Of a stretch of 64,000 nucleotides of DNA, positions 1 to 9,189 are shown piece after piece. Source of the stretch: a virus (lineage: Duplodnaviria; Caudoviricetes); IMG/VR virus record IMGVR_UViG_3300044694_000082, positions 1 through 64,000 of that record. One strand, given 5' to 3'. The translations under genes and the position numbers were made by a program. Numbering within the stretch: position 1 is the stretch's first letter; the number at the start of each line of letters is the position of its first letter. A model generated the notes under the pieces. That model saw only the letters and a list, made by a program, of their open reading frames with translations, searched no databases and was not told the DNA's origin.

Positions 1-802
1 AGGCCCTCTTCTGCTTGGGCAGCATCGGCGTGTGCCGGATGGCCGTGGGCAGCTTGGGCGGGAGCTGGGGCAGCGCTGCTTCCTTGGGGATGCGGCGCAT
101 GAGCGGGTCGACGATGCGGAAGAACTCGTCGCTGGTGGCGGGCTTGATGCCGTGGACGTCGATGCCGCCGAAGTAGTTGACGGAGGTGTCGGCGAAGTGC
201 TCGACGTACTTGGTCTTGGCGGGCATCCAGGTGGGTTCGACGCCGTGCAGGAGTGCCCAGAGGTCGCCGATGTTCTGGGCGATGGGTGTGCCGGTGGCGA
301 GATACCGGAACTCGGCGCCGTGGAGGACGGCCCATGTAGCCCTGGTCTGGGCGGACTTGGGGTCCTTCATGCGGTGGGCCTCGTCGCATATGACGGTGCG
401 CAGGCCCATCTCGTTGAGTTCTTTGGGGGTGCGGTCCTTGTCCGTCATGCCGATGGTGCCGTAGGGGGCGAGGCGTGAGTGGAGGCGGACGGCTTCCCAG
501 TTGACTATGTAGACCTGGCTGTCGGTGGCCAGCTGCTTGCGTCGCTTGACGGCTCCCCCGTCGACCACCTGGACGGTCAGCTCGGGTGCCCACTTCGCGA
601 GTTCGACACTCCAGGTTGACGTTTTCAGGGAGTTCGGACAGACTACGAGAGCTGGGAAGGGGTTCTGCCCCATCTCGGCCAGGACCTGGACTGTCCGGAT
701 GAGTTGGGCGGTTTTCCCCAACCCGGGAGGATCGGCGAGGATCGCCCGCTTGTTCCGCACGAGAAACGCGACACCGGGGCGCTGGAAGTCAAGCAGCTTC
801 AC
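1..802 (-). CDS. SNF2-family (SF2) helicase, 3' end beyond window
   Basis: Not in the ORF track because it is open-ended. Manual translation from GTG 802 (GAGGGGAG RBS): LADPPGLGKT (motif I), VVCPNSL, IVNWE, ICDEAHRMKD (DEAH), LATGTP. Confidence 0.9.
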   Translation of the reverse strand, partial: MKLLDFQRPGVAFLVRNKRAILADPPGLGKTAQLIRTVQVLAEMGQNPFPALVVCPNSLKTSTWSVELAKWAPELTVQVVDGGAVKRRKQLATDSQVYIVNWEAVRLHSRLAPYGTIGMTDKDRTPKELNEMGLRTVICDEAHRMKDPKSAQTRATWAVLHGAEFRYLATGTPIAQNIGDLWALLHGVEPTWMPAKTKYVEHFADTSVNYFGGIDVHGIKPATSDEFFRIVDPLMRRIPKEAALPQLPPKLPTAIRHTPMLPKQKRA

Positions 803-1136
803 GTGTCTCCCCTCGCGTTTCGATGCGGTCGATGATCTGGGCTATGGGGTCGCTGGCAGGCAACTCCATAGCAGTGCGCAGGTCTGTGGCCGGTTTGATC
901 CGGCTGTTGTATTGCTCCCAGGACCAGTTCGTCAGCAGAGCGCCCGTGGAAAGGTCGCTGCCGAACAGGCCTCGGAGGATGATGCATGTGGCCCACGAGA
1001 GTGGTGCCGTCCAGTACCCGGCGTCCTTGTCGTAGCGGGCGCCGGGTACTTGCTGTACGAGATGCCGTTCGTGGTACTGCGTGTGGACGGCGATCCGCTG
1101 GTGAGGGAAGCCCTCTACGATCTCAGCGACCGGCAT
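789..1136 (-). CDS. Hypothetical protein resembling the N-terminal domain usually fused to phage SNF2 helicases
   Basis: VPGARYDKDAGYWTAP motif; overlaps the helicase start by 14 nt. Confidence 0.6.
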   Translation of the reverse strand: MPVAEIVEGFPHQRIAVHTQYHERHLVQQVPGARYDKDAGYWTAPLSWATCIILRGLFGSDLSTGALLTNWSWEQYNSRIKPATDLRTAMELPASDPIAQIIDRIETRGETREAA

Positions 1137-1198
1137 GCCAACTCCCGCATGTCTGCCGCCTCGAAAGTCTTTCCGAGTGCGGCGATCGTATCATCACG

Positions 1199-1660
1199 TC
1201 AGTAGCCCGGCGGTAGTCCCCGGCGGATCTTTTCCGGGACCGGCCGCATCTTGATGAGGTGTCTGAACAGGTGGCATGCCGCGTCGTTGGCGTGCTGCAT
1301 GCCCGGCTTGTACCAGCCCAGACGGCGCAGGAAGACGACCGTGCTCTTCACCATGCGCGCGGAGGACGGCTGGCCCTTGATCTGCGTGATGCCGTGCTTG
1401 TCGCAGACGTCCTTGATGAGCGAGATGGCCCGCTGCGAGTGCTCCGCCTTCGAGCCGGGCCGCGGTCGGGGCGTCTGGATGTACAGCTCCCAGCCGACGG
1501 CGAGGCGCTCGCCGTACTCCTGGCAGAAGCTGTCGAGGCGGCCTGGCAGGTCCGCGTAGCTGTCCTGCCAGGACCCGAAACGGCCGATCGCGATGTCATA
1601 GGCGGCCACGCCAGTCATCAGGCCCGGGTCGTACCAGACGATGACGTCGGGGTCTGTCAC
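1199..1660 (-). CDS. RuvC-like Holliday junction resolvase (RNase H fold)
   Basis: GTG start overlaps the upstream stop (GTGA). Motifs VWYDPGLMTGVA, VGWE and HANDAACH fit the RuvC acidic catalytic pattern. Confidence 0.7.
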   Translation of the reverse strand: MTDPDVIVWYDPGLMTGVAAYDIAIGRFGSWQDSYADLPGRLDSFCQEYGERLAVGWELYIQTPRPRPGSKAEHSQRAISLIKDVCDKHGITQIKGQPSSARMVKSTVVFLRRLGWYKPGMQHANDAACHLFRHLIKMRPVPEKIRRGLPPGY

Positions 1661-1980
1661 TCGTCGCCCCTCTTCTCGAAGATCTTGGGGCTTCGACGCC
1701 AGCCGCTCTGCCACAGCTCGGAGTACTTCGCCTTGTCCTCCTCGGCGTTGGCCTTGAGGAAGTCGGGGGCGGGTTCGTTGGCCATGATGCGCTTGACCTC
1801 GGACACCGGGAAACGGCGCATGCCGTGTGGTGTGCGGAAGAAGCCGATGATGCCACTGTTTGCCCACTTGGCCACGGTGCGCCCGTCCACGTTGAAGATC
1901 TTGCCGACTTCGGCCGGGCCGAGAGTCTCTTCGTGGATCCAGTTGTCCGGGATCTCGGGCATGCGGTTCTCCTTCGCCAA
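1657..1980 (-). CDS. BldC-like MerR/Xis-type HTH DNA-binding protein (start may be 1962)
   Basis: LGPAEVGKIFNVDGRTVAKWANSGII..RTPHGMRRFPVSEVKRIM aligns by eye with Streptomyces BldC (LTPAEVATMFRVDPKTVTRWAKAG..RTLGGHRRY.EAEVRALL). Confidence 0.8.
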   Translation of the reverse strand: MAKENRMPEIPDNWIHEETLGPAEVGKIFNVDGRTVAKWANSGIIGFFRTPHGMRRFPVSEVKRIMANEPAPDFLKANAEEDKAKYSELWQSGWRRSPKIFEKRGDE

Positions 1981-2000
1981 CGTCTCAAGGGGGCTGTTGC

Positions 2001-3391
2001 TTACGGGTGCTGGGCGGCGTTCGCGACGGCGCGTAGAACGTCACTCATGGTGCGGGTGAGGTCGTCGACCCGCTTGCGCTCGGCGTCGTAGTCGCGGCGC
2101 AGCGCGCGGGTGTCCTCGGATCCGCGGTAGTACTGGGTCAGCGCGTCCAAGAGCGCCCGGCCGCTGTCCCAGGGGAGTTCGAAGGTGGGGTCGACTGGGT
2201 CACGGATGGTGGCCATGTGCGGGTCGAGTTCGACCCAGCGCCAGTGGTCGCCATCCTTGGTCAGCAGACGCTTGAGAGCGCCCGGCTGATGGTCGACGAG
2301 GAAGACCTGGAGCGAGTCGCCGCCGAAGGGACCCTCGGAGATGTGTGCCTTGATCATCGGCCCAGCCTCGTCAGTAGTGGGTCGATGTAGTCGGCCGCGC
2401 CGGTCATGTGCTTGTACTCGGGGCTGTCCGGCTCGTAGCGGCAGCCGTCGCGCAGCGTGCGGATCTGGCTGGCCAGCTGGTGGGCGTAGAGGTCCAGGAG
2501 GTGGTTCAGCGTGCCGGGGTCGCCGGTCTCCGGGTAGTTGAGGAGGATCGTCTGGCGTGCGTCGTTCACCAGCTCACCACCTTCGGGGCGATGCCGTCGA
2601 TGCCGTCGTACTCGCGGTGCGTCCAGATGGTGATGTTGGTGAAGCCCTTGGACTTGAGTAGGGCGGCCAGTTCGTCGGGGTGGGCGTGGTTCCAGCCGAA
2701 CCAGATGCACGCGCTGCCCGCGACCTTGCCGCTCTGCAGGGTGTCCCAGTTCGGGTGCTGGAGGCTGATGACGGGGATCGGGACGGCCTCGTCATAGACG
2801 TAGTCGGCGATGACTTCGGCGACCTTCGGGGCGGTGTCCTCGGCGGCGGCGAACTCCGTGTCGCCGATGAGGACGAACATGTCGGTCACGTTGCTCATCA
2901 CCAGCACTCCAGGATCAAGCAGTTGTCCCAGTCGAGATCGGCGACGTGCTCGGTGCCGAGGGCCTCTTCGACGATGTCACGGGCGAAGGTCCGCGGGTCC
3001 TGTGTGTCGTCGGGGTGGTCGAAGGTGAACTCGCGTTCCTCGCCGTCGACCTCGATGGCGTGGCCGCAGCAGCCGGTGTCGCAGCCGAAGTTGCGGTGGT
3101 AGACGACGACCTTCATGACGCCACCTTCCAGGGGTCACACATGAGGTGCCAGACGAAGCCGCCGGGTGCGAGGGCGGTGCCTTCGTAGACCAGCTCGGCG
3201 TCCATCTCATGGCCGGTGCCGAAGACGCGGAGGCGGTGGTCCTCGACGTCGTCCTCTTCGTCATCCACGGGAACGGCCCAGAACTCGACGTAGGCGGGGT
3301 GGCGGCAGTCGACGTGCAGGATGGGACCGCAGCGGATGTGGTGCCACTGGTCGTCGACCGGCACTTCGTAGCGAAAGATCCTCTTTGTCAT
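2001..3391 (-). CDS. Run of five small hypothetical genes: 2001-2357, 2354-2569, 2566-2898, 2898-3116, 3113-3391
   Basis: Consecutive ATGA/GTGA/TGATG overlaps and GC3-rich codon use. Confidence 0.75.
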
Positions 3392-5175
3392 GCTTTCTGC
3401 CACCGTTCGGTGAGAATCTTGCCGCCTGCGGTGAGGGGGACGCGGTAGTGGGTGCGGTCGGTCATGCAGTCCTCGACGATCTTCATAATCTCGTCGGCCT
3501 GGTCGACGGGGGCTTCGAGGAGTACCTCGTCGTGGATCGGGAGGCGCAGCATATGGGTGAGGCCCGCGACGTCGAGATTGACCAGGCAGCGCTTCATGTA
3601 GATGGCGGCGGTGCCCTGGATCAGGTAGTTCAGGGAGGTGTACTCCTTGCCCTTGTCGCAGGGCAGGAAGCGGCCGTCTTCGAGCGTGACTCCCCCGCGT
3701 CCGCCGGGGCCGTTGCCGCGTTTGGCGTCCTGTTCGAGATGGGTCATGAGCCGCTTCATGCCGGGGAAGCGGGAGTTGAACATCTCCTCGAAGTACAGGA
3801 CGTGCTCGATGCTGGCGCCGGAGGTCATGGCGATCTTCTGGGTGCCTCCGCCGTAGGCCTTGGCGTAGACGGAGTTCTTCGTCAGCTGCCTGCGGGGGTC
3901 GCTCTTGACGAGGGTGCTTTCGTCGTAGAGGGCGCGGGCGATGACGGTGAAGAAGTCGGGGCCGACGGTGTCGGCTTCACGGAAGGCCTGCAACAGGCCG
4001 TCGTCGTTGGCGAGGTGGGCGAGCATGCGGGCTTCGACCTGGTCGAGGTCGCAGGAGATGAAGACGTGGCCGGGCCGTGGGATGAAGCTGCCACGGATCA
4101 TCTTGTCGTCGCGGGGCAGCTGCTGCAGGGCCGGTGTGTCGATGGACATCCGGTGGGTGCGGGCGCCGGTGATGTTGATGTTGCAGTGCAGGATGTCGTC
4201 GGCGTCGCGCAGGTCCAGGAACTTCGCGGCGTACCGGTCTCGGATGTCTTCGAGGTGGCGGACGGCGCGTATGTACTCGGCCAGCTGACGGACGGCGGTG
4301 TTCTCGCCATGTTTGGCGTAGAAGTCGAGGGCGTCACGGTCGAACTGGGGGGCGTTCTTGTCCGTATAGAAGAGCACCTTCTGGCCGCAGGCTTCCATGG
4401 CCTTGGCTATCTGGCCGCTGGACTTGGGGCTGGTGATCTTGTGGGCGCTGTCGAGCCAGCTGCGGATCTGGGTGGACTTGGTGCTGAACTGCTCGACGGA
4501 GTTCTCCACGTAGGGGACGTCGAGCTGCAGGCCGGTGCGCATCATGTGGGTGCAGATGCGGGTGGCGGCGCGCTCCAGGGAGTAGGCCTCGGGGCAGCTG
4601 GCGTTGATGCGTTCGGCGAGGATCGGGGTGATGTGGGCGCTTTCGACTGGGTCGAGGGCGCCGTAGAGCCAGTAGGGCGGGTAGTCGATGGGGACGTCGT
4701 GCCAGCCCCAGCCGTTGGCCTTCATGCCCTCTTCGAGTTCCTGCTGGCCGACGGCGGCGTTCTTGTCGACGTAGCGGCGGTTGAGGGGCTTGAGGCGGTT
4801 GTCGGCGGTGGGGTCGAGGAGGCGGGCCATGGTGAGCGTGTCGTCGAGGCGTTCCCAGGGGATTTCGTAGCCGGTGTGGTGGGCGACGAACTGCCAGTCG
4901 AAGGGGGCGTTGTGGGCGCTGTAGGTGCCCTCGTACTCGCGGAAGGCTTCCATGGCGACGCCGCCCCACCGGTCCCAAGGGATGAGCCAGCCGTGCTTCT
5001 TGTCGCCGAACTGGATGGTGCGGAGCTGGTCGCGGTAGGCGCTGAGACCTCCCGTTTCGGTATCGAATCCGAGGGGGCCGTCGTGGCGTTCGCCGAGCCA
5101 GCGCTTGAAGTCGACGGCGTCGGCGACGGACTCCACGAGGTGGAGTTCTACGTCTGCCAGTGGTGACGTCGTCAC
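3388..5175 (-). CDS. polA: Family A DNA polymerase (3'-5' exonuclease plus polymerase; no 5' nuclease domain)
   Basis: GFDTETGG (ExoI), HNAPFD (ExoII), SCDLDQVEARMLAH (motif A), RQLTKNSVYAKAYG (motif B), IHDE (motif C). GTG 5175 follows GAGGAGG. Confidence 0.95.
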   Translation of the reverse strand: MTTSPLADVELHLVESVADAVDFKRWLGERHDGPLGFDTETGGLSAYRDQLRTIQFGDKKHGWLIPWDRWGGVAMEAFREYEGTYSAHNAPFDWQFVAHHTGYEIPWERLDDTLTMARLLDPTADNRLKPLNRRYVDKNAAVGQQELEEGMKANGWGWHDVPIDYPPYWLYGALDPVESAHITPILAERINASCPEAYSLERAATRICTHMMRTGLQLDVPYVENSVEQFSTKSTQIRSWLDSAHKITSPKSSGQIAKAMEACGQKVLFYTDKNAPQFDRDALDFYAKHGENTAVRQLAEYIRAVRHLEDIRDRYAAKFLDLRDADDILHCNINITGARTHRMSIDTPALQQLPRDDKMIRGSFIPRPGHVFISCDLDQVEARMLAHLANDDGLLQAFREADTVGPDFFTVIARALYDESTLVKSDPRRQLTKNSVYAKAYGGGTQKIAMTSGASIEHVLYFEEMFNSRFPGMKRLMTHLEQDAKRGNGPGGRGGVTLEDGRFLPCDKGKEYTSLNYLIQGTAAIYMKRCLVNLDVAGLTHMLRLPIHDEVLLEAPVDQADEIMKIVEDCMTDRTHYRVPLTAGGKILTERWQKA

Positions 5176-5241
5176 GAAAGCGCCCTCCTCGTGTGGTTGC
5201 CGAGGAGGGCACAGTAAGCGGGTCAGGGTTGACGCCGCAAC

Positions 5242-5270
5242 ATTGTCGCAGAGGGGATTTCCTTTGTCAA
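5242..5270 (-). promoter_or_regulatory. Housekeeping-sigma (HrdB/sigma70-like) promoter for the DNA polymerase operon
   Basis: TTGACA (5270-5265), 17-nt spacer, GACAAT (5247-5242). Confidence 0.7.
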
Positions 5271-5288
5271 CCCGAGGGGGACAAAAGT

Positions 5289-5624
5289 TCAGGCGGCGAG
5301 ATCGTCGGCCTCCGCGGGGCCGGACTGTCCGATCCACTTCAGCCAGGTCCGCTTCTCGGCCTCGGTGTAGGAGGGATAACCCTCACTGAGACCGACGGCG
5401 CCGAGCAGCTCGCTCATCAGGTGCATGTCGCGCCGGTGGTTGGGGTCCGCACAGCTGCCGGTCGTGTGCGCCGTGCATGTGTGCTGGTGCTTGTCGACCA
5501 GGCGGCGCAGCTGCATGGCGGCCAGTCGCTGGTGTATGCCTTCGCCAACCTCGTCCGGCACACGCGTCGCGTGTCGCGGGCCGCGCCGAGTCTCTGCGGG
5601 AATGTCCTCTTCGTCGTAGCTCAT
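5289..5624 (-). CDS. Hypothetical protein
   Basis: AAGGAGA RBS; 111-aa ORF. Confidence 0.7.
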   Translation of the reverse strand: MSYDEEDIPAETRRGPRHATRVPDEVGEGIHQRLAAMQLRRLVDKHQHTCTAHTTGSCADPNHRRDMHLMSELLGAVGLSEGYPSYTEAEKRTWLKWIGQSGPAEADDLAA

Positions 5625-5637
5625 ACCATCTCCTTAC

Positions 5638-6288
5638 TCAAATCCGGCGTGATCCTGTAATTGCCCGTTCAATCTCGGGGTCGACGACTGCCGCTTCGCG
5701 TAGCAGCCGAGCGGCTAGCACGCTGATTTCGCTGCTGTGGTGGTACAACCGCTTCACGACGTCGGGCCCGTCGGTGCAGAGGTAGATCCGTTCGTCCGGA
5801 CGCTCTTCTGCAATTTCATCGGTGTCGTTCATGTCTTCGATGTCGAACGGCTTGCATCGGTTGCACGGGAACAGGTTGTTCCAGCGGCCGTCGCTCTTTT
5901 TCAGTTCCGCGATCGTGGTGATCTTATGCCTGGGTTTGACGCAAGCGCTGTCCCGGCGGTGATACACCCAGGAGCGAGCAGTTACTTCCAGTGCGTAACG
6001 GAAGACCTTTTCACGCCGGTCGGTTTCCACTGTGAAAGGCTTCTCGCACCGTCCACACAGGATGGGTGCGTCCTCGATCGTCTGCGGAAAGGTCTGCAGG
6101 ATCCGGGGTGGGCTGCACTGGCAGCGGGCTGTCACGCGCCAGGTGCGCAGCGTTTCAACAATCTGATATAGCGCAAGATCGGTCCAGCGAGGTTTGCGAT
6201 CGCTGCCGAAACGTTTGTCTGCCAGGAGCGTTCCCCGGACCACGACAGGACCCAGACGGTCGTGGACAGTGAATTCTTTGGTGTCCAT
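5638..6288 (-). CDS. Hypothetical Cys-motif protein (CxC, CxxC)
   Basis: GAGGA RBS before MDTKEF; visibly more AT-rich codons than its neighbours. Confidence 0.7.
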   Translation of the reverse strand: MDTKEFTVHDRLGPVVVRGTLLADKRFGSDRKPRWTDLALYQIVETLRTWRVTARCQCSPPRILQTFPQTIEDAPILCGRCEKPFTVETDRREKVFRYALEVTARSWVYHRRDSACVKPRHKITTIAELKKSDGRWNNLFPCNRCKPFDIEDMNDTDEIAEERPDERIYLCTDGPDVVKRLYHHSSEISVLAARLLREAAVVDPEIERAITGSRRI

Positions 6289-6877
6289 GTGCTGGTCCTC
6301 GCTGTCGTCTTGGTCTCCAGGTTTTCCGGTGGGCAGCGCAGCGTCCAGGCCCTGACTCAGGTTCAATGCAAGTCGCACTTGGTCAGGGTCCGACTGCCTT
6401 CTGCGTCCTGGCGCGAAGCGTAACAGAGCTGTGAAGAAAAAACCGCCCCGGTGTGGCGTGGATCATGCGTTCCACCAGGGCGGCTGTCTCCTTTTTGGTC
6501 AATCTCCGGTGGACGGGATCATGCGATGTGCGGGGCGTGAATACGCCGTAGCTGAGCGCATATATCCGTCCTCCTGAGCTACTTCCTCGGCGATGTTCGA
6601 TGGCCGTCCTTTTCCGCTCATGCATGCGGATGTGTGGTCACCGCATCCATCGCAGCAGGCGCCGCAGTCACACAGTGGATCGCGGCGCATATGCGCCTCG
6701 GTCATGCCGCGGAATCTGCGCGCAGCAGCGTGAGGACACGGCGCATGGTTGCCGAGTCGTTCTCGTACTCCTTGACGAGTAGCTCTTCGGTGCTATCGAA
6801 ATCCCGTTCGATTTGCTCGTTCTGGTGTTCGTCTGAAGCCATTGTAGGCCTTCCTTGTCGGTGGAACTTACCGCAGG

Positions 6878-7387
6878 TTACAGCTCGTCCGACTCTTCCT
6901 CATCCAGCCAGACGATCTCGGTGTTGCCGTTGTGGCCGCTGATCTGGATGAACGGATCGGGGCCCTTGTTGTCGTAGACCTCGTGCTTGGGCTGGTTCTG
7001 AGGCGGGCCGCCGAGCCAGCGGATGACGGTGAAGTTGTCCGAGAAGACACAGATCTCGGCGATGTGGCCGAGTCCCGAGATGCCGGTGACGTCGACCTTG
7101 CGGATGACATAGCCCCGCCGTGGCTGCCGTGTGGGAGCCGGGCGTACGGGCTGCGGAGGCGCGAACCGTATGTCGGCGTCGCCTGTGTCGGGTATCTGGG
7201 GCAACGAACCTCCCTGAAAGGGCTGCCGCAGGGCGTCCCGCAGTTTGACGTACAGGTTGCGGGTGGTCTGGCTGACGCTGTGGCCGAGAGGGAGGTCGGC
7301 GAGAAGCTCGTCGGCCTCCCCCACGGTAAAGGAGACGTCGACCAGGTGCTGTTCGGGCAGCACTCTGGCCGTGGGCGGATCGTTCAT
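6878..7387 (-). CDS. Hypothetical protein
   Basis: 169-aa ORF downstream of an AAAGGAG RBS. Confidence 0.7.
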   Translation of the reverse strand: MNDPPTARVLPEQHLVDVSFTVGEADELLADLPLGHSVSQTTRNLYVKLRDALRQPFQGGSLPQIPDTGDADIRFAPPQPVRPAPTRQPRRGYVIRKVDVTGISGLGHIAEICVFSDNFTVIRWLGGPPQNQPKHEVYDNKGPDPFIQISGHNGNTEIVWLDEEESDEL

Positions 7388-7408
7388 CGGGGTTCTGTGG
7401 GACTCCTT

Positions 7409-8038
7409 TCAGCTCTCGTCGACGCGGGGCAGCGAGCAGCCCCGGATGTGGTGCACCAGGCCGATCGCGGTGGTGAAGGCCAGATTGACCTCCATGCACT
7501 CCTTGTGGGCACGGCAGGCGTGACGCGGAAGACCGGTGATTTCGTCCTTGGGGAAGATGCCCTCAGGGTCCTCCCAGGCGATGTCCCAGATCTTCGCGTG
7601 ATCGTGGCTCATGTCGGCGTGGGAGTTGCGGTCGGCGTAGCCGATCGACTTGCCCTTCCCGCCTTCCGACCGGTGCGGCAGCGGGCACCACACACGCAGC
7701 CTGGACCTCTCGCTCGGTTGCTCCTCCTCGAACACGGGCAGCTCGTCCGCTGTGGCTACTGGCGCTGCGGGCAGCTCCTTGGGTTTGGCAGCCTTCTTCG
7801 TCCGTGCCTTCTTCACCGGCGCAGGCTCAGGCTCAGGCGGCGGCAGAACGTCCCGGGCGCCTTCCTTATAGATGCGCATGATGGCCTGGAAGAGGCGCTC
7901 GTCACGAGGACAGAGGTCGAACTCCCTGACGGGACCACCGTCGATGGAGATGGTGTGTGCGGCCACGGCCTGCACGTCTTCGTCACCATCCAGTTCGCAG
8001 GGGTCACAGCAGACGACCCACCGGACGTCCCGGGTCAT
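7409..8038 (-). CDS. Lsr2-like N-terminal dimerization domain, Pro/Lys linker and Cys/His C-terminal domain
   Basis: RWVVCCD...HTISIDGGPVREFDLCPRDERLFQAIMRIYKEGAR resembles the Lsr2 N-domain. No RGR AT-hook in the C-terminus. Confidence 0.6.
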   Translation of the reverse strand: MTRDVRWVVCCDPCELDGDEDVQAVAAHTISIDGGPVREFDLCPRDERLFQAIMRIYKEGARDVLPPPEPEPAPVKKARTKKAAKPKELPAAPVATADELPVFEEEQPSERSRLRVWCPLPHRSEGGKGKSIGYADRNSHADMSHDHAKIWDIAWEDPEGIFPKDEITGLPRHACRAHKECMEVNLAFTTAIGLVHHIRGCSLPRVDES

Positions 8039-8400
8039 CCGCGCTGAGCCTTGCGCCGGTACTCGGCTTCGGTGGCCCGTTGACGGAAGACAGCACGTCC
8101 CTCGCTGTCGAGGCGACCGGTGCCCTTGGGCATGAGGTAGTCCTCGGGGTACTCAGCCTTGGCACCCGCGATGTGGCCTCCCTGACTGATGACGTAGTGC
8201 CGCTTGTAGCCGCAGTTGGTGCACCGCTTGGTCCGCAGGAAGTTGCCGTTCTCGTCCATCGTCACGTTGAACGGGCGCATGTTGTGACCGTCGCTGCGGC
8301 AGACCACCCAGGACGGCTTGATACGGGCGGCGAACTCCTGCACGTCTCCGATGTCGGCGACCTGGGAGAGTCCGCCCCTCTTCTTGCGCTTAGCACTCAT
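8035..8400 (-). CDS. Hypothetical basic zinc-ribbon protein
   Basis: CRSDGH...CTNCG; ATGA coupling. Confidence 0.7.
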   Translation of the reverse strand: MSAKRKKRGGLSQVADIGDVQEFAARIKPSWVVCRSDGHNMRPFNVTMDENGNFLRTKRCTNCGYKRHYVISQGGHIAGAKAEYPEDYLMPKGTGRLDSEGRAVFRQRATEAEYRRKAQRG

Positions 8401-8472
8401 GGCAGTGTCCTTCGTTGTGTTTGTGCTGGGCTGGTGGTGTGCAGGTTACCCGCCCACCACCAGCCATTTCAG

Positions 8473-8730
8473 TCAGCGTCCGTATCTGAGTTCCTCGGCT
8501 TTGAGCTGCCCCTGCGAGTTGACGCGGTAGGTGCTCGCTGTGCCGGTTTCGTTGATGGTTTCGTCGAGGTAGCCGCCGCGGGCCAGGCGCTGGCAGACGG
8601 CGTAGGTCATGGCGCGGTTCTCGAACAAGGCCCGGTCGCCGTTGCTGACCCAGACGCCGTCCGAGTACGTGGGGTTGGTGAGCTTGAGCAGCACTTCGGC
8701 CATGGCTGTTCCGAAGGGCGGCTGACGCAT
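8473..8730 (-). CDS. Hypothetical protein (possible winged helix)
   Basis: TGATG coupling to the upstream gene; VCQRLARGGYL..YRVNSQG. Confidence 0.55.
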   Translation of the reverse strand: MRQPPFGTAMAEVLLKLTNPTYSDGVWVSNGDRALFENRAMTYAVCQRLARGGYLDETINETGTASTYRVNSQGQLKAEELRYGR

Positions 8731-9128
8731 CACCGGATCCTTGTCGTGTAGTTGATGGCGGAGCTGTAGCGGTCGCCGACACGCAGGGCGTAGTAGGCGC
8801 CCTTGTCGCAGAGGTCGAGTTCGCGGCCAGTGCGGTCGACGCGGATCTCGACCTCGTAGCACTCCTTCTTGATGGTGATGGTCTTGCGCCGGTATCCGGT
8901 GGTGACGTTCTTGCAGGTGGTTTTGGTCTTCTTCGTCAGCCGGTTCGTCTTGGTCTTGCAGGAGCGGCCTTTGACGGCGACCCGCTTGGTCTTCGTCTTG
9001 GCGGGTTCGTACTCCTTCTCGATGACGGTGCCGCGCACCGGGTGGCTGGTCGTGGTGTGCGTGCCACAGGCCGTCAACAGGAGGACGGGGGTGGCGATGA
9101 GGGCGCTGATGGCGAGGCTGGTTCTCAT
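8730..9128 (-). CDS. Putative lipoprotein, Lys/Thr-rich
   Basis: MRTSLAISALIATPVLLLTA-C lipobox; GACAAGGAAG leader. Confidence 0.75.
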   Translation of the reverse strand: MRTSLAISALIATPVLLLTACGTHTTTSHPVRGTVIEKEYEPAKTKTKRVAVKGRSCKTKTNRLTKKTKTTCKNVTTGYRRKTITIKKECYEVEIRVDRTGRELDLCDKGAYYALRVGDRYSSAINYTTRIR

Positions 9129-9189
9129 AGACGGTGTCGTCTTCCTTGTCGGGTGTGCCAAACGGCGGCCAGCTGGGCTGGCCGCCGTC

